Virus record (IMG/VR): IMGVR_UViG_3300005973_000002
DNA: 64,000 nt
Direction: 5' to 3' (one strand)
From: a virus
Taxonomy: Duplodnaviria > Caudoviricetes
Part shown: positions 61,426 through 64,000 of the stretch, in pieces
Layout of the letters: each line of letters opens with the position of its first letter
Numbering within the stretch: position 1 is the stretch's first letter
The notes under the pieces: generated by a model
The model's database searches: none
The model's input: the letters and a program-made list of their open reading frames with translations, nothing else
Told to the model about the DNA's origin: nothing
Program-made: the position numbers and the translations under genes

Positions 61426-62328
61426 GTATTCCATCCGCAAGTTCCCATCTCTTTTTCAAAATCATCCCAGCGATTTTGTTTTAACAAGTCTCTTTCTTTT
61501 GCACGCCGACGGCGACGGTCAAACTTTTTCCAAGATTTACTTTCTTTTGAATACTGAGATTTACGAAATTTTTTTACGTAACGTTTTTCTACTGCAACCT
61601 TGGTATTACTAAACATTTCCATTTTCCACCGTTCAAAAATGGAAGGTTTGATAATAGTAAAACCCCAATAAGGATTGAAAACCACAGGACGTCGATAAAC
61701 TATATCAATATGCGTGCGAGTATCAAAGTAATATTGTCTTCCTTCAGAATCGAATGCGGCCCAACCAATACCATCACGAACTTTTAAACCTTTTGGAACA
61801 GCGTGACGATTTCTCCATGTTTTAGACATATATTCTCCTCAAAACCTAACGGTTATAAGAAGAGATAAAAATTGTGTTTGCTTCATTTTCTGTTTTATAG
61901 AAACAAATATTGCTAAGCTGAAACCTAGAAATGTAAACAATCTTTTCTTTATGGGAAAATCTTAAATAAATTCCATTGCCTGCTCTATTCGTATATCCCG
62001 CAGCATCGCCGCAATACAATACAATGTCCTTGTTTGGGATGCTCACGATATTACTTTTGAGTTGATCAACTGCTTCTTGTAAAGAACCTTTATGCACATT
62101 CCATAGAGGTGCAAATGAATCGCTATTCCAAGCTAAGACACAATCATTCAGTAAGGATTCTACCCTGTAAAGGGTACCCAATGTAAGTTTATTTTGATAA
62201 CTTTTACTATTTACTGTAAACTTGTTCAACAATCTATCATGCTCCAAACCATCATTGTCTTATAAGATTAGAGTGGTAGCACCAAGGCATTAAATCAAGC
62301 CCTGAAAGCTCAATGAGCGAGTTAAAAC

Positions 62329-62634
62329 TCATTGACCTCGGTTTGAAACAAGTTTACCAAATATAGCATTTTTTGAAATCCAACCATTAATGAACCCACG
62401 ATTATTGGATATTTGAAACCTTTCGCCTTGGATTGCACTTATAAGATGCAGATACTGCTTTCCTTTAACTTTGCAAAGAACGATATCGCCCTTGTCGAAT
62501 TCAGTTTTTTCTGAAATAGGTTCAACGACTACAAGGTCACCAGACTCAATCAACGGCTTCATCGAGCTGCCCCTAGGTCGGAATTCTACTGTTTCACCGC
62601 TTTTGAGCTTCTTTATGTATTCTGTGGCCCACAT
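62329..62634 (-). CDS. S24/S26 peptidase-like small protein
   Basis: RGSSMKPLIESGDLVVVEP...GDIVLC...YLHLI. Confidence 0.7.
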   Translation of the reverse strand: MWATEYIKKLKSGETVEFRPRGSSMKPLIESGDLVVVEPISEKTEFDKGDIVLCKVKGKQYLHLISAIQGERFQISNNRGFINGWISKNAIFGKLVSNRGQ

Positions 62635-63884
62635 TGTTCTTCAACCTTATTAACAAACTCTTCCCATTCTTCATCGGTAAATTTATCACCAATTGACTCA
62701 AGTGTTTTTCTAAGCCGTGCTTTGACTTCTTTCTCCCAAAGCTCTTCAAATGGTTCACGTTCGCCTAACAAAAAATCATCAACCTCATAAAGTTTAACCT
62801 TGTATACAGATGAAGCATTGTCATAATATTCTTGTGCTTCTTCTAGAGAAGAAAAGGTACGCTGTCGATAACATTCTTCATAACTTGTTCCATCATCCCC
62901 ATAATGGCTTAGCCATTTTTCTACTCGATAATATGTTCTATTTTTGCTCATATTGTTTTCTCGGGTCGGCTTCTGTAAATGACCCTCGCCATGTTCTTGG
63001 CCACTCTAATTTTAGAGTTACCATGTAAGTCTCAACAAGTACCTTATAATACCAAGTCTTGTTTTGTTTATCTATCCAATGTTGAACCAAGAAAACAGGC
63101 TTGCCGAAAGCAATATGATCTAGAAAATTTCTGGACGCCTTTAACCCAGGTGGTTCGATCTTGTTAGTTGACACTACAGGAGCTTGACCACAAGTTTTAT
63201 CTTGGTGCCTGTAAACATACAACTTACCAACGACTGCGGTTTCATCTCTTTCAAATTCGGAATCGTTTCCAAGAATCTTTTCTTCAATGTATTTCCTTAC
63301 GTTCCCTGGAAGGATAATTTGTCTAGAATCAGGAATATCATGCCAATCAAATGGAGCTTTATCCCAACCTAAAATCCTATATTTTGGCACAGAGTATTTT
63401 TGTCGTTCTGGAGACCAGATCAATACCTCCGAACCGTATAATCCACCAACCAACCAATGCCAAGTCTGGTCATTGAAAGTCAGCTTTCTGGCTTTAGATG
63501 GAATTCGTGCTTTATTCACCTGTTTCCCCAACTTCTAATGGTTCAAGAACACCAACCGCCAATTTGACTTCACCAATTCTCTCAACAATGGCCACTTCAT
63601 AATAACAAGACCTACCCCCTGGGTAATTCGGGTCAACCATTTCATCTATGCTGTGACCAAGAAAAATGCAAAAATCTTCAGGGTAAAGGTGGGCAAACTT
63701 TCTTGTTTTACAAGAAACGGCTGTGTATTTCAGTCTGTTGCCAATGTTGCATGACTGACCAATCACAACCATACTTCCAGCTTGATCATAAAACTTGTAT
63801 TCCATTTATACCTCTGACAGAGGGTACTTCCAAGAAGTATTTTCTCAAAAGTTTTCCCGTTTTACATTTTGCGTGGTTTCGAAA

Positions 63885-64000
63885 TTAGAAATGGACAGGA
63901 AACGGAATAGCATCGTGCACTTTTTCAAGCTTTGCCGCAAACATTACAAGTCGTTCAATGCCAAGTCCAAATCCAGCATGGGGCACAGTACCCCATCGAC
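63885..64000 (-). CDS. asnS: Asparaginyl-tRNA synthetase, C-terminal 37 residues (gene starts beyond the window)
   Basis: [37 protein letters not shown] is the AsnRS-type motif 3. Confidence 0.85.
   Translation of the reverse strand, partial: RWGTVPHAGFGLGIERLVMFAAKLEKVHDAIPFPVHF

Noticed and set aside
1-64000. Genome-wide stop-codon reassignment (TAG=Gln or TGA=Trp)
   Set aside because: Well-defined genes end at their natural C-termini with TAG (IscA), TAA and TGA, and coding density is high under the standard code. Only three isolated in-frame stops were found.
1-64000. CRISPR array, rRNA, integrase or transposase
   Set aside because: No regularly spaced direct repeats, rRNA-like tracts or recombinase/transposase motifs were seen by eye.

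Overview
This is a 64 kb segment of a very large (jumbo or huge) dsDNA phage genome. Genes are densely packed and almost all lie on the minus strand; only two credible plus-strand genes were found. No capsid, terminase or replication core is present. The window is an accessory region rich in translation and RNA-handling functions. These include LysRS, the 3' end of AsnRS, catalytic-domain-only GlyRS-like and GluRS-like proteins, a mini EF-Ts, GroES, MetAP, a PTH2-like protein, a tmRNA (tag ADNAPLALAA) and several tRNAs or tRNA-like RNAs. It also carries NAD/ADP-ribose genes (NAMPT, ADP-ribosylglycohydrolase, NADAR, CinA-like), two DNA methyltransferases, two GIY-YIG homing endonucleases, two inteins, a sigma factor and an expanded family of small beta-barrel proteins. 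A VanW protein and a Cys-rich vWA lipoprotein suggest a Myxococcota or deltaproteobacterial host (inference). The most striking candidate system is a 4.3 kb island at 33.1-37.4 kb. It holds an ochre-suppressor tRNA (anticodon UUA), a GluRS lacking its anticodon-binding domain, and a leader peptide whose RGPP arrest-like motif is reachable only by reading through UAA and overlaps an anti-Shine-Dalgarno helix. A neighbouring gene is interrupted by an in-frame UAA, and an in-frame UAG also interrupts the ADP-ribosylglycohydrolase. Other highlights are an RNA ligase apparently fractured into split-intein halves around a Vsr-like nuclease, a tRNA-Asn with a 48-nt anticodon-loop insert, a structured leader occluding the NAMPT RBS, and a sigma factor whose region-4 HTH seems to sit in a separate gene. 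Caveat: at least five genes show single-base homopolymer frameshifts, so sequence error must be excluded for every interruption-based claim. All family calls are from motif recognition by eye; no database searches were run.
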